Notes under the pieces: generated by a model
The model's database searches: none
Told to the model about the DNA's origin: nothing
The model's input: the letters and a program-made list of their open reading frames with translations, nothing else
Shown here: positions 23,943 through 32,832 of the stretch, one piece after another
How positions within the stretch are numbered: the first letter of the stretch is position 1
Layout: each line of letters starts with the position of its first letter
Origin: an uncultured Bacteriovoracaceae bacterium
Lineage (GTDB): Bacteria > Bdellovibrionota > UBA1018
Direction of reading: 5' to 3'
DNA: 41,450 nt
Assembly (NCBI GenBank): GCA_964404365.1
Contig: CAYOJT010000001.1
Span: 1-41,450 of the forward strand
Position numbers and translations under genes: made by a program

Positions 23943-24788
23943 TCAGACTCCTTTCATCGCGGAGAGGGTTTTATTGATTTCCTCAACTGCGCGGGTTTTT
24001 TCATCGACCTTCGGAGTGACTCCGTGCCATTCAATTTTGTTTTCCATAAAGGAAACTCCTTTACCTTTGACCGTACGTGCGACGATAAAAGTCGGCTTCC
24101 CAGAATTCTTCGCATCATTAAACTTTGAGAGTGCTCCCAAAATTTCTTTCATATTGTGGCCATCGATTTCGATGACATTCCAGCCGAAGGCGCGCCACTT
24201 ATCGGCGATAGGTTCAAGCGGCATGACCTGAGAAACCGGACCATCGATCTGGCCACCGTTCGCATCCAAGATCGCGCAGAGGTTTGAAAGTTTGTATTTT
24301 GCACAAGAAAGAGCGGCTTCCCAAACCTGCCCTTCTTGAATTTCACCATCGCCGAGTAAACAAAAAACGCGATGCGGTTTTTTATCGAGGTTAAAGCCCA
24401 TCGCTAAGCCTTGAGCGACCGACAAGCCCTGTCCTAGGGAACCGGTGGAGGATTCCATGATCGGCATGCGTACTCGATCGGGGTGTCCCTGAAGTCGAGA
24501 ACCTGTTTTTCGAAGAGTCATGAGCTCTTCGGAACTGATAAATCCTTTTTTCCAAAGGACCGCGTAGAGTGCGGGTACACCGTGGCCCTTTGAGAGCACA
24601 AAACGATCGCGCTCGGGTGTAATGTTCGGAGATTCGACGCCCTTCATTTCTGAAAACCAGAGTGCGGTCAGAAGGTCGATGCAGGATAAGCTTCCGCCCG
24701 GGTGTCCGGACTTCGCTTCGGTCAGCATTTCGATGATGGGGATTCGGAGCTCTTGGGCGAGGATACTTAAGTCTTTTTCGGATGCCAT
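23943..24788 (-). CDS. transketolase, N-terminal (TPP-binding) subunit
   Basis: 281-aa ORF with SGHPGGSLS, SKGHGVPALY and the LGDGEIQEGQVWEA TPP-binding motif. Confidence 0.9.
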   Translation of the reverse strand: MASEKDLSILAQELRIPIIEMLTEAKSGHPGGSLSCIDLLTALWFSEMKGVESPNITPERDRFVLSKGHGVPALYAVLWKKGFISSEELMTLRKTGSRLQGHPDRVRMPIMESSTGSLGQGLSVAQGLAMGFNLDKKPHRVFCLLGDGEIQEGQVWEAALSCAKYKLSNLCAILDANGGQIDGPVSQVMPLEPIADKWRAFGWNVIEIDGHNMKEILGALSKFNDAKNSGKPTFIVARTVKGKGVSFMENKIEWHGVTPKVDEKTRAVEEINKTLSAMKGV

Positions 24789-24927
24789 ATAGGTTCATTC
24801 ATCGCACACGAATGCCCCCTTGGTCGATGGGTCTGCAGATCAGGATTTGATCAGAAATTTTGCAACGCGTAATTCCATATTTCCGTCTCATTTGAGTGCG
24901 AGAAGAAGGGGATCAAAGGCATCGTTG

Positions 24928-24955
24928 TTGACCGGATTTGACGCCTTGCTAGACT
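24928..24955 (+). promoter_or_regulatory. candidate sigma70-type promoter for the MFS transporter gene
   Basis: -35 TTGACC (24928-24933), a 16-nt spacer, then -10 TAGACT (24950-24955). The ATG is at 24963, so the transcript would be nearly leaderless. Confidence 0.3.
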
Positions 24956-24962
24956 CTAACCT

Positions 24963-26354
24963 ATGCCCAAAAAGTGGTGGGTGCTCGCGACTGTCGCCTG
25001 CGGCACATTCATGGCGACGTTAGACTCGAGCATCGTGAACATTGCACTCCCCACGCTGACGAAAGCTCTGCATACAGACTTGCGTTCCGTGAAGTGGGTC
25101 ATCGTCGTTTATCTCCTCACGATCACGTGCACTCTTCTTCCTTTCGGGCGAGTTTCTGATCTTTACGGGCGTAAACCCGTCTTCCAATACGGCTTCCTGG
25201 TTTTCACCTTGGGTTCGCTCTTTTGTGGGCTCTCTCAGTCGATGACAACTTTGATTATCTCGCGGATTTTTCAGGGACTCGGCGCTTCGATGTTGATGTC
25301 CAATGGTCCGGCTATCATTACCAGCGCGTTTCAACTCCGGGGGCGAGGGAAGGCGCTTGGAGTTCTCTCGATGGTCGTGAGCGCGGGACTTGTCTCAGGA
25401 CCTTCGATTGGAGGTGCGCTGATCACGAACTTGGATTGGCGAAGCATCTTCTTAGTGAACTTACCGATTGGAGTATTGGGATTTAGTTTCGCCAGAAAAG
25501 TTTTAGAAGACTCAAAAGGCAAAGAAAATCCAGGTCCCTTCGACTTTGGTGGAGCTTTCCTTCTGATCTTAGTTCTTCTCTCATTTATTCTTTTTGTGGA
25601 TCCACCGACGCTCACGATCGCAGGATCCAAGCCGATCGTGATTTCTCGTCTTGCAGTGGGATTACTGTTTTCGTTTTTCACTTTTGTTTTCATCGTGATC
25701 CAACGTCAAGTTCCTGAGCCTATTCTGGAGTTTTCCCTTTTTCGCTACCGCACGTTCTGGGCCGCGAATCTTGCAAACTTTTTAAGTCTCGCATCATTCT
25801 CGGCGCTTCTGGTCCTCCTTCCGTTTTACCTTGAAGAAGTCATGGGCTACTCACCTGAACATGCTGGATATCTGATGAGCGTGATTCCCTTTACAGTGTT
25901 TGTGGTAGCGCCGATCAGCGGCCACCTAACTGACATCATGGGATCGAAATTTCTGAGTGTGCTTGGAGCATCGGTAGCTACATTTGGTCTGTTTTTTATG
26001 GGCGGCCTATTCGGAAGGGGCCTGAACGAGGCGACTCATGAATATTATATTATTCTGGCGCTTTGTATCGCTGGACTTTCATCCGGGCTCTTTCAGTCGC
26101 CTAATAACGTGGCGCTCATGAGCTCGATTCCATACGACAAGCTCGGTGTCGCTTCGGCTATGATGGCGACGATCCGAAACTTAGGACTTGTGACGGGAAC
26201 CGGCCTTGCCGCAAAACTTTTCTCGTGGAGACACGAAGAGACGGGCGACTTCGTAAAGGCCCTCCAAACTTCCCTGGTCGTTTCGGGAGGGGTCGCATTC
26301 CTATCGGTCCTGGCAGCAGTGGCAAAGGAGGACGTCGGTGAGCAAGAAAAATAA
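24963..26354 (+). CDS. MFS transporter, DHA2 (14-TMS drug:H+ antiporter)-like
   Basis: 463-aa ORF that is hydrophobic throughout. The N-terminus CGTFMATLDSSIVNIALP and the motif GRVSDLYGRKP are typical of the EmrB/QacA subfamily. Confidence 0.85.
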   Translation: MPKKWWVLATVACGTFMATLDSSIVNIALPTLTKALHTDLRSVKWVIVVYLLTITCTLLPFGRVSDLYGRKPVFQYGFLVFTLGSLFCGLSQSMTTLIISRIFQGLGASMLMSNGPAIITSAFQLRGRGKALGVLSMVVSAGLVSGPSIGGALITNLDWRSIFLVNLPIGVLGFSFARKVLEDSKGKENPGPFDFGGAFLLILVLLSFILFVDPPTLTIAGSKPIVISRLAVGLLFSFFTFVFIVIQRQVPEPILEFSLFRYRTFWAANLANFLSLASFSALLVLLPFYLEEVMGYSPEHAGYLMSVIPFTVFVVAPISGHLTDIMGSKFLSVLGASVATFGLFFMGGLFGRGLNEATHEYYIILALCIAGLSSGLFQSPNNVALMSSIPYDKLGVASAMMATIRNLGLVTGTGLAAKLFSWRHEETGDFVKALQTSLVVSGGVAFLSVLAAVAKEDVGEQEK

Positions 26355-27327
26355 ATTCCTCTCTCCGGAAGAAGTTCTGGAAGCGGCATTAAAAGAGTTT
26401 TCCGGTCATTGGCACAATAGCCCTCCACTTTTGTTTTGTGCGGAAACGCCCGAAGGAGAGCCTTACCCACAGCCGCTGAACGACGATTTACAGAAGGGGA
26501 ACTGGCTCATCTTCATCTCGAGTGCTACGGGGCCGTCTTTTTCGCGTACGCTTGATTTACTGCACCTTTTTCGAACGCGTTATGAGGAGCTTGGAATTAA
26601 GTTCGCGCTCATCCTGCAGAGTTCATATCCGATCCTGGGCCCCGTTCCGACGCGGAATATTTTATTGAAACATTACAACATCGGGAAAATTCCGGTGTGT
26701 TTTGATCCGACGGGACAAATTGCACGTGCATTTCGATGTGCCGAATACCCAAGTCAGGTTCTCATTTGTGAGGGTGAAGTGATCAGCGTTGTTTCCGGAA
26801 TGACTGAGTCCGCTCAGATGGAGGGGGAACTTCAGAAACAAATTCGCGTAGCGAATCCCGGTGTTCCCTTTTTTAGAAGTAAGGAATTCACCCCCTTCTC
26901 GTCGTCGGTCGTGAGTCCATACCGCATTCGAGTAGGTGAAGAGCTCGAAAATGAGAAACAGAAGGCGAAAGTTGAATTTATCGGACATTGGTCGGTCGGC
27001 GATCATGTCTATCAAACAATGGATCCCGAATCCCGAATTCGAATCGAGGCTGAAACCGGTTCGATTCATCTAGTAGCAGGCACAGTAACCGCCTCAATGG
27101 ATCCCACACGCATTTATATTTCGTTAAACCGAGGCGGGGTGCCCGCAGTAAATGCGGGTAGAGATTTCCATCCGGAAGATGATGGGAAGTCTTCGACTCA
27201 AATTTCCTTGCCCCGCTCGTATGAACTCATTACGGACCTCGATAAAAATCAAAAAACGGTAGTGGATCTTACTTTTCCGAATGCACGCGTAAATCCGGTA
27301 GCCGTTTACGGCGTAGAGTTTAGCTGA
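26338..27327 (+). CDS. thioredoxin-fold protein with C-terminal beta-sandwich (DipZ C-terminal-like), lacking CxxC
   Basis: GTG start with AAGGAGG 6 nt upstream, overlapping the MFS 3' end by 17 nt. The N-terminal half follows the redoxin pattern, but the CxxC position reads FISSATGPSF. The C-terminal half (FIGHWSVGDHVY...IHLVAGTV...IYISLNRGGVP...YELITDL...VVDLTFPN...AVYGVEFS) resembles the jelly-roll domain that follows the Trx domain in DipZ-type proteins. Confidence 0.4.
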   Translation: MSKKNKFLSPEEVLEAALKEFSGHWHNSPPLLFCAETPEGEPYPQPLNDDLQKGNWLIFISSATGPSFSRTLDLLHLFRTRYEELGIKFALILQSSYPILGPVPTRNILLKHYNIGKIPVCFDPTGQIARAFRCAEYPSQVLICEGEVISVVSGMTESAQMEGELQKQIRVANPGVPFFRSKEFTPFSSSVVSPYRIRVGEELENEKQKAKVEFIGHWSVGDHVYQTMDPESRIRIEAETGSIHLVAGTVTASMDPTRIYISLNRGGVPAVNAGRDFHPEDDGKSSTQISLPRSYELITDLDKNQKTVVDLTFPNARVNPVAVYGVEFS

Positions 27328-28310
27328 TTCTTTTCTGCGCGCTGAAGATTTCGCATAAAATCTGGGTATTTAATTCGCTCGATCGCGGAGCCTTTCGTTA
27401 GAGCGCCATATTCCTCTTCTGTCATCTTCTTCAGTTGATCGTAACTCATCGAGAGCAGTGAAGTCGTCGGGTCACTGGGCCAGGTTTCATCGAGTTTGAG
27501 AGGCTTTAAATTGAACGGACATACTTCCTGGCAGACATCACAACCTGCAACCCAATTACCGAGTTTTTCAGGTTGAGGCGATGTCACGGGATCGAGGACT
27601 CCACGTTTCTCGAGTGTGAGATAGGAAATGCATTTTCTTGAGTCGAGCGTGTGTGCTTCGGTGATCGCACGGGTCGGGCAACCGGAAATACATCGCTCAC
27701 ATTTCCCACAGTAGTCAGGAAGTAGATGCGGAGCCTTCTCGGATTTGAGATTTGTCAGGACAAAACCTAAAAAAAGATAACTGCCTAGTTTCGGATGAAT
27801 GAGGAGCGTATTTTTTCCAATCCACCCAAGACCAGCTATCGCGGCCCAGGAGCGCTCGAGGAGCGCACTCGTATCCACACATACTTTCCATTTGAGTGGG
27901 GCTGGGGTGTGGCCCGAAACGGTGCGCTCTAACTTTACAAAGATACGATCAAGTTTTTCCTTCAGAAACTCGTGGTAATCGGGTCCGCTAATGTAGCGCG
28001 CGAAACGAGGTCGGTTCGGGTCAAGCGCTACCTCTGAATTTCGGGCATAGGGAATCGCTATACAGAGGATACTTTCAGCGGAAGGAAGTAGCAGTCTAGG
28101 GTTTCCGCGGCGTTCAAGTCCGCGTTCTAGGTATTTCATTTCCCCGTGCATTCCATTTGCTATCCATTCGGAATATCGCGCGAAGTGGGCTGAAATGTTT
28201 TGTTGAGGAGTGGGAGATTGATTCGCAAGATCAATGTCGACCCAAGCCGCAAGCGGAATGCCTTCGTTGTGGCATTCCTCAATAGCCTGATCGAAAAACG
28301 TCTTAGTCAT
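27306..28310 (-). CDS. queG: epoxyqueuosine reductase
   Basis: 334-aa ORF with two 4Fe-4S ferredoxin motifs, CGKCERCISGCP and CDVCQEVCPFN, and the QueG-type N-terminal cobalamin-binding region (FARYISGPDYHE). Confidence 0.88.
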   Translation of the reverse strand: MTKTFFDQAIEECHNEGIPLAAWVDIDLANQSPTPQQNISAHFARYSEWIANGMHGEMKYLERGLERRGNPRLLLPSAESILCIAIPYARNSEVALDPNRPRFARYISGPDYHEFLKEKLDRIFVKLERTVSGHTPAPLKWKVCVDTSALLERSWAAIAGLGWIGKNTLLIHPKLGSYLFLGFVLTNLKSEKAPHLLPDYCGKCERCISGCPTRAITEAHTLDSRKCISYLTLEKRGVLDPVTSPQPEKLGNWVAGCDVCQEVCPFNLKPLKLDETWPSDPTTSLLSMSYDQLKKMTEEEYGALTKGSAIERIKYPDFMRNLQRAEKNQLNSTP

Positions 28311-28611
28311 GACCGTAAAAATCAGCGACTCCGCCGGTGAGTGAGCGGACGCGAGCGTACCCCATGGATTTTAGCCCCATGAGTGCATGCATGCTTCTTA
28401 CGCCATGCGCACAGTAGACAATGATTTCTTGATCTTGAGGAACTTCTTCTCGAGCGCGGGTCATAAGTTCATCGAGCGGAATGAGGGTGCAGCCCTCGAT
28501 TCGCTCTTCAGCAAACTCTTCTGGCTCGCGCACATCGAGTAGAAAAATCGATTTCGGTCGAGTTTTCAAAATCTCGCGCAGTTCTTCGGATGATATCGTG
28601 AGGTCTTTCAT
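28303..28611 (-). CDS. single-domain rhodanese (sulfurtransferase)
   Basis: 102-aa ORF with LLDVREPEEF and the active-site loop YCAHGVRS (C-x-x-G-x-R-S). It overlaps the queG start by 8 nt and begins 5 nt after the rimO stop. Confidence 0.85.
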   Translation of the reverse strand: MKDLTISSEELREILKTRPKSIFLLDVREPEEFAEERIEGCTLIPLDELMTRAREEVPQDQEIIVYCAHGVRSMHALMGLKSMGYARVRSLTGGVADFYGHD

Positions 28612-28616
28612 GAGGT

Positions 28617-30131
28617 TTAACCTGCAGTCATGCCTTTTTCGGTAGCAGGACGTTCAATCGGAGTTTCAACACGTAGACCAGGTTTGAAACTGATCTCATG
28701 AATGCTCTTCGCGCGTGAAACGATCTTCAGGGCTTTTGCAACCACGTCGTGCGGCATCGCTTCAGTGACTTCTGCTTCAATAAGGTCCCCTGGTCTCAGT
28801 GTTGAGCTCGCGTCTCCGAGAGCATCGACGTCATTGATGATGACATGTCCATCAATTTCTTGCGCCTGAGTCGGCATTCGTCCCTGGATGAGGAGTTCGG
28901 ACTCTTCGCTTGGTCCTTCAACCATGACAGAAATTCGAGTGCCGATAAGTTTTTCGTTTCTTGCGATCGACTGTTTCTGGAGCACTTCGATGAGTTTCTT
29001 AGCGCGACGGCGTTTGGTGGCGGGATGAATTTGTCCATCCATCGCGCCGGCTTTAGTGTCTTCTTCTTTTGAATAGCGGAATACACCTACGTGGTCGAGG
29101 TTCAACATCTCCAGATCGCGAACCATTTCTTCGAATTCTTCCTCTTGTTCGCCCGGGAAACCGACGATCATGGATGTTCTCAAAACGATTCCAGGAATCT
29201 TCTCGCGAAGTTTTTCGATCAGAGAAAAGAGGCGCGTTTTCGAGAGTCGTCGGTTCATCGAACGCAGAACACGATCGTTCGTGTGCTGAATCGGCATATC
29301 GACGTATTTAACGATTTTGGGTTCACGCGCGATAATATCGATGAGTTCATCGGAAAATTGATCCGGATAAACATAATGGAGACGGATCCATTCGATCCCA
29401 TCGATTTTACAGAGCTCCGGGAGGAGCATTTCGAGATTTTCTTGGAACTTAACGTCGATTCCGAAGTGGGTCAGGTCTTGAGCGACGAGGTTTAATTCGC
29501 GCACCCCACGTGCCGCCATTGCCGTTGCTTCCTGAACGAGCGAAGCAATGGTGCGAGAGCGCACATCACCTCGAAGTGTTGGGATGATACAAAAAGCGCA
29601 GCGGCGATTGCACCCTTCAGAGAGTTTCAAATAGCCGGTGTACATTGGGCCCGTGTGAACGCGTGGGTCGGTGTCCGAATGAATGAAGGCAGGTTGATCA
29701 ATGTAAGAGCGCTTCGGCATCGGAGCCCCCATTTCACGCGCTTTTTCGTTCGCGTTCAGTAATTCCGTGATTCGGTGGTACTGGCCCGTGCCGATAAAGA
29801 GGTCGACTTCAGGCATCTCGGTTTCAAGCTGTTTGTGATAGCGCTGCGGGAGACAGCCCGATGCGACGAGAACTTTGCAGTTTCCCTCGATCTTTTGATT
29901 CGCCATCTCGAGTATTGTGTCGATCGACTCTTCTTTCGAGGCTTCGATGAAGGAGCAAGTGTTTACGATGATGACTTCAGCGTCTTTCGGTTCGTTGACG
30001 ATGGAGTAGCGACCCTTTTCGAGCATTCCGAGCATGACTTGCGAGTCGACTAGGTTTTTTGGGCAGCCCAGCGAGACGAAGTAAACCGAGGACTTTGCTT
30101 TTTCTGATGAGGACACAGTGGTGTTATTCAT
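28617..30131 (-). CDS. rimO: ribosomal protein S12 methylthiotransferase RimO
   Basis: MTTase N-domain VYFVSLGCPKNLVDSQVMLG. Radical-SAM motif CNRRCAFCIIP. C-terminal TRAM domain (GTRISVMVEG...GDLIEAEVTEA). There is a ~50-aa C-terminal tail beyond the TRAM domain. Confidence 0.88.
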   Translation of the reverse strand: MNNTTVSSSEKAKSSVYFVSLGCPKNLVDSQVMLGMLEKGRYSIVNEPKDAEVIIVNTCSFIEASKEESIDTILEMANQKIEGNCKVLVASGCLPQRYHKQLETEMPEVDLFIGTGQYHRITELLNANEKAREMGAPMPKRSYIDQPAFIHSDTDPRVHTGPMYTGYLKLSEGCNRRCAFCIIPTLRGDVRSRTIASLVQEATAMAARGVRELNLVAQDLTHFGIDVKFQENLEMLLPELCKIDGIEWIRLHYVYPDQFSDELIDIIAREPKIVKYVDMPIQHTNDRVLRSMNRRLSKTRLFSLIEKLREKIPGIVLRTSMIVGFPGEQEEEFEEMVRDLEMLNLDHVGVFRYSKEEDTKAGAMDGQIHPATKRRRAKKLIEVLQKQSIARNEKLIGTRISVMVEGPSEESELLIQGRMPTQAQEIDGHVIINDVDALGDASSTLRPGDLIEAEVTEAMPHDVVAKALKIVSRAKSIHEISFKPGLRVETPIERPATEKGMTAG

Positions 30132-30142
30132 GAAGTTCTCGA

Positions 30143-30640
30143 TTAATCCCGGAAGTTTCCGTATTGCATAGGCACTTTGATTTGGTCTTCTTTGGATTTC
30201 AGGAGCGCAATCGCTGCCTGCAGATCGTCGCGACTTTTTCCAGTTACACGAACCTGTTCATCCTGAATTTGAGCTTGGACTTTCAGTTTAGATTCTTTGA
30301 GGGCGGCAATGATTTCTTTGCCTTTTTCTTTCGAGACTCCCGCCATGATCGTTACGAGCTGTCTGACGCTACCTCCAAACGCAGGTTCCGGATCCTTATA
30401 GGTGAATGAGAGTAACGAGATTCCGCGTTTGATGAGTTTAGTTTGCAGAATGTCTTTCAGAGCATCGAGCTTTCCTTCTTCGCTACACCAGAGCGTCAGG
30501 GTAGCAGCCTTTTGATCGAGCTTGAGTTCGGTTTTGATCGATTTGAAATCGTATCGGCTTTGAAGTTCTTTCGTCGCCTGGTTGATGGCGTTGTCGAGTT
30601 CTTGCCAATTCATTTCTGATGAAACGTCGAACGAAGGCAT
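30143..30640 (-). CDS. yajQ: YajQ family nucleotide/cyclic-di-GMP-binding protein (UPF0234)
   Basis: 165-aa [36 protein letters not shown]..., which is the canonical YajQ N-terminus and length. Confidence 0.9.
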   Translation of the reverse strand: MPSFDVSSEMNWQELDNAINQATKELQSRYDFKSIKTELKLDQKAATLTLWCSEEGKLDALKDILQTKLIKRGISLLSFTYKDPEPAFGGSVRQLVTIMAGVSKEKGKEIIAALKESKLKVQAQIQDEQVRVTGKSRDDLQAAIALLKSKEDQIKVPMQYGNFRD

Positions 30641-30782
30641 ACGGATTGGATCCCCTGAAAAAGCGGGCGCGGAGCCCTAAAACTAAGTTGATTTGACGAG
30701 ACGTGTATAAATGAGGAGCCGGGGAAGCTCAAGGATAGAGTCGGAGGGAGTTATGGTTATAAACCATTGAAATAATTACTGA

Positions 30783-30813
30783 ATTATACGGGGAACATGA
30801 GGCGGCGCGTCAA
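30783..30813 (-). promoter_or_regulatory. candidate sigma70-type promoter upstream of yajQ
   Basis: On the minus strand: -35 TTGACG (30813-30808), a 19-nt spacer, then a perfect -10 TATAAT (30788-30783). This would give a ~130-nt leader before the yajQ ATG at 30640. Confidence 0.4.
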
Positions 30814-30829
30814 CTCTGAGTCGCCTCTA

Positions 30830-31507
30830 TTATTCTTTGATCTGATCAGTGCCCGGAGGGGTGACGAATTTAAAGAGGCCGGGCTCAACGGCGACACCCA
30901 GCTTTACGTCTTTCAACCGAACTTCTGCACGATTCCCGCCTTCATGCTCTAAAAGAACGCGCTCAATGACAGCATTCTTTTTCGAAATTTCAATTTCAGC
31001 TAATTTCACGGATCCAGCGACACCAGCTCCCGGAATGAGAGTGAATATATTCTTCGCCTTCTTTTTGATTTTCACGTTTTTGATCCGCGAAAAATTCCCG
31101 GTCAGCAAAATGGACGCGAGTTCCGACTGAATGTCCGAAGTTTTTTTCTCGATGACCTGGCCCCGTTCGCCATCCGCAAAAGGCGGCGTATAAAACCAGA
31201 ATTTCACGCCATCGCTCACTAAAAGATTCTTATCAGGCGAGAGGGTTTCCCAACGAAAGTGACTTGGAATTTGTAGAGTGACGACACCACTAGATTCCTT
31301 TTTAGCACCCGTAAGTTTAATTTCCTGGGTTTGAGAGAATTTCGCTTCGAGTGTTTTTGAGGCGGCGTACTTTGCTTCAATTTTCTTAAGTTCGCTTGGG
31401 ATGACGGTCGCAGTGGGAGCGGACGGGGTAGCCGCGAGCGCAGATAGCGGAAGCAAGAGTGCGATTTTTAGGCAGTAAGTCATGGGTAGGATTCGTCGTG
31501 TTGTCAT
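30830..31507 (-). CDS. lolA: outer-membrane lipoprotein carrier protein LolA
   Basis: 225-aa ORF with signal peptide (IALLLPLSALAA|TP) and the LolA pattern LEAKFSQTQEIKLTGAKKESSGVVTLQIPSHFRWET. ATG 31483 (MTYCLK...) is an alternative start. Confidence 0.8.
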   Translation of the reverse strand: MTTRRILPMTYCLKIALLLPLSALAATPSAPTATVIPSELKKIEAKYAASKTLEAKFSQTQEIKLTGAKKESSGVVTLQIPSHFRWETLSPDKNLLVSDGVKFWFYTPPFADGERGQVIEKKTSDIQSELASILLTGNFSRIKNVKIKKKAKNIFTLIPGAGVAGSVKLAEIEISKKNAVIERVLLEHEGGNRAEVRLKDVKLGVAVEPGLFKFVTPPGTDQIKE

Positions 31508-31568
31508 CTGAGACAGTTTAGCGTGAAAGGCGTTTCCGGGGAAGAAATCGCGGGTTAAAGCTATTTTT

Positions 31569-32384
31569 ATGCGGAATAGGGCTCAATTCGAAACCATTCG
31601 GAAACTAGCTAGAATCGTGGCTGTTTTTTCAGTCTCTTTGAGCGCCCAAGCGGCGGCACCGACAAAACTTTACCTCTTCGGCGGGGGTCCGAAGCCAAAA
31701 ATCGCACTTTCTTCATTTTTCAAAGAAGCAGATCAGGGATCGAAAAGGGTTCTTTTTATTACTTGGGCAACCGCTTACCCGGAGGAAACCTGTGAAGCCT
31801 TTAAAAGCGAGGCGGCGGAAATTACGACCGGTTCGATTGAATGTTCTCCGACCGCATCTGAAGTGAAATCGAATCCCTCGGCGATGCTCAAGAAATTGAG
31901 TCAAGCTTCGGCGATTTTTTTCTCAGGTGGAGATCAATCTCGCATCATGAATGTTTTCGATTCTGAACCTCATTTATTGAGGACTTTGAGGTCCGCGTTC
32001 AAATCAGGAGTTCCAGTGGCGGGAACGAGTGCAGGCACTGCTATTCAGTCGGATTGGATGATTGAGCGCGAAGTCATTCCCGGATCAGAGGAACCTGAGG
32101 CGGTTGAAGTTCGAACCGGTGTAGGACTCATGCGGGCAGGGTTCGTGGTTGATCAGCATTTTTTAAAGCGGAATCGAGATAAACGCCTCATAGCGGCGAT
32201 GAAAAAGACTTCCGAACCCAATGGACTTGGGGTCGACGAAGGGGCTGCGGCCCTGATTTTAAGTTCTCGGCACATGCTTGTTTTTGAAGGTACCGCGCGC
32301 CTGTACTACCGGGACCACGGCGGATTTAAGTACATTGATCGCACTCCCTCTGATCGTGTTTTTGATTTAGACGAAGTTCATTGA
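31569..32384 (+). CDS. cyanophycinase-like peptidase (family S51), with signal peptide
   Basis: Signal peptide IVAVFSVSLSAQA|AAP. S51/cyanophycinase motifs LYLFGGG, IFFSGGDQSRI, AGTSAGTAIQS (nucleophile Ser), VDQHFLKRNRDKRL and GLGVDEGAAAL. Confidence 0.75.
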   Translation: MRNRAQFETIRKLARIVAVFSVSLSAQAAAPTKLYLFGGGPKPKIALSSFFKEADQGSKRVLFITWATAYPEETCEAFKSEAAEITTGSIECSPTASEVKSNPSAMLKKLSQASAIFFSGGDQSRIMNVFDSEPHLLRTLRSAFKSGVPVAGTSAGTAIQSDWMIEREVIPGSEEPEAVEVRTGVGLMRAGFVVDQHFLKRNRDKRLIAAMKKTSEPNGLGVDEGAAALILSSRHMLVFEGTARLYYRDHGGFKYIDRTPSDRVFDLDEVH

Positions 32385-32489
32385 TTCTACACTCGTCAAA
32401 ACTTCAGTCAGTTCACTTATCTCAATCATCATATAGTCTAGTTCACTGGGGCTGCGCTGGCGTAGGACTTGCGAAAGCACGTCACAATT

Positions 32490-32828
32490 ATGCGTAACTA
32501 CTTAAAAATTTCAGCGTTGTTGGTCAGTTTCATTGCGAGCGCAGTCTACGCCGATGCCTGCAAAGAGGTCGCTACCCACAGTGACGATCAAAAGGTGCTC
32601 TCCGATTGTTTTGAAAAACTGTCGCTGAAAAAGCGCTATAGCAAACACATCGAAACCCACCAGACCTTCACTCTGTCGGGCGAAATGGTCTCCAATGCAT
32701 GCTATAAAGGTTGGTTTTCAAATCGCGAAACGAAGAAGGACGTGCTCCTCGCCCTTTGTGAATCTACGACCTACCTCGAACTTGGAACTTCCGTAAGTTA
32801 CGAAGCGACTCGGATCCGCGATCGTTGA
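32490..32828 (+). CDS. small secreted cysteine-containing hypothetical protein (112 aa)
   Basis: From ATG at 32490: MRNYLKISALLVSFIASAVYA|DACKE... It has a signal peptide and four Cys in the mature part. No family recognised. It ends 4 nt from the convergent smc stop. Confidence 0.4.
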   Translation: MRNYLKISALLVSFIASAVYADACKEVATHSDDQKVLSDCFEKLSLKKRYSKHIETHQTFTLSGEMVSNACYKGWFSNRETKKDVLLALCESTTYLELGTSVSYEATRIRDR

Positions 32829-32832
32829 TCTC

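Noticed and set aside
22989-24788. Transketolase split into two ORFs as a possible frameshift or pseudogene
   Set aside because: The split falls exactly at the known N-terminal/C-terminal subunit boundary of two-subunit transketolases. The second ORF has its own AAAGGAG RBS and ATG 3 nt after the first stop. This is an established gene organisation, not a disruption.
24839-24853. Inverted repeat GATCA-ggatt-TGATC in the transketolase/MFS divergent region, as an operator
   Set aside because: It has only 5-bp arms, no adjacent regulator gene, and such short palindromes containing GATC are common by chance.
30797-30827. Hairpin GAGGCG-(17 nt)-CGCCTC just downstream of lolA, as an intrinsic terminator
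   Set aside because: On the lolA (minus) strand it is not followed by a U-tract. The loop is long and the stem is only 6 bp. It also overlaps the putative yajQ -35 element. The evidence is insufficient to call a terminator.
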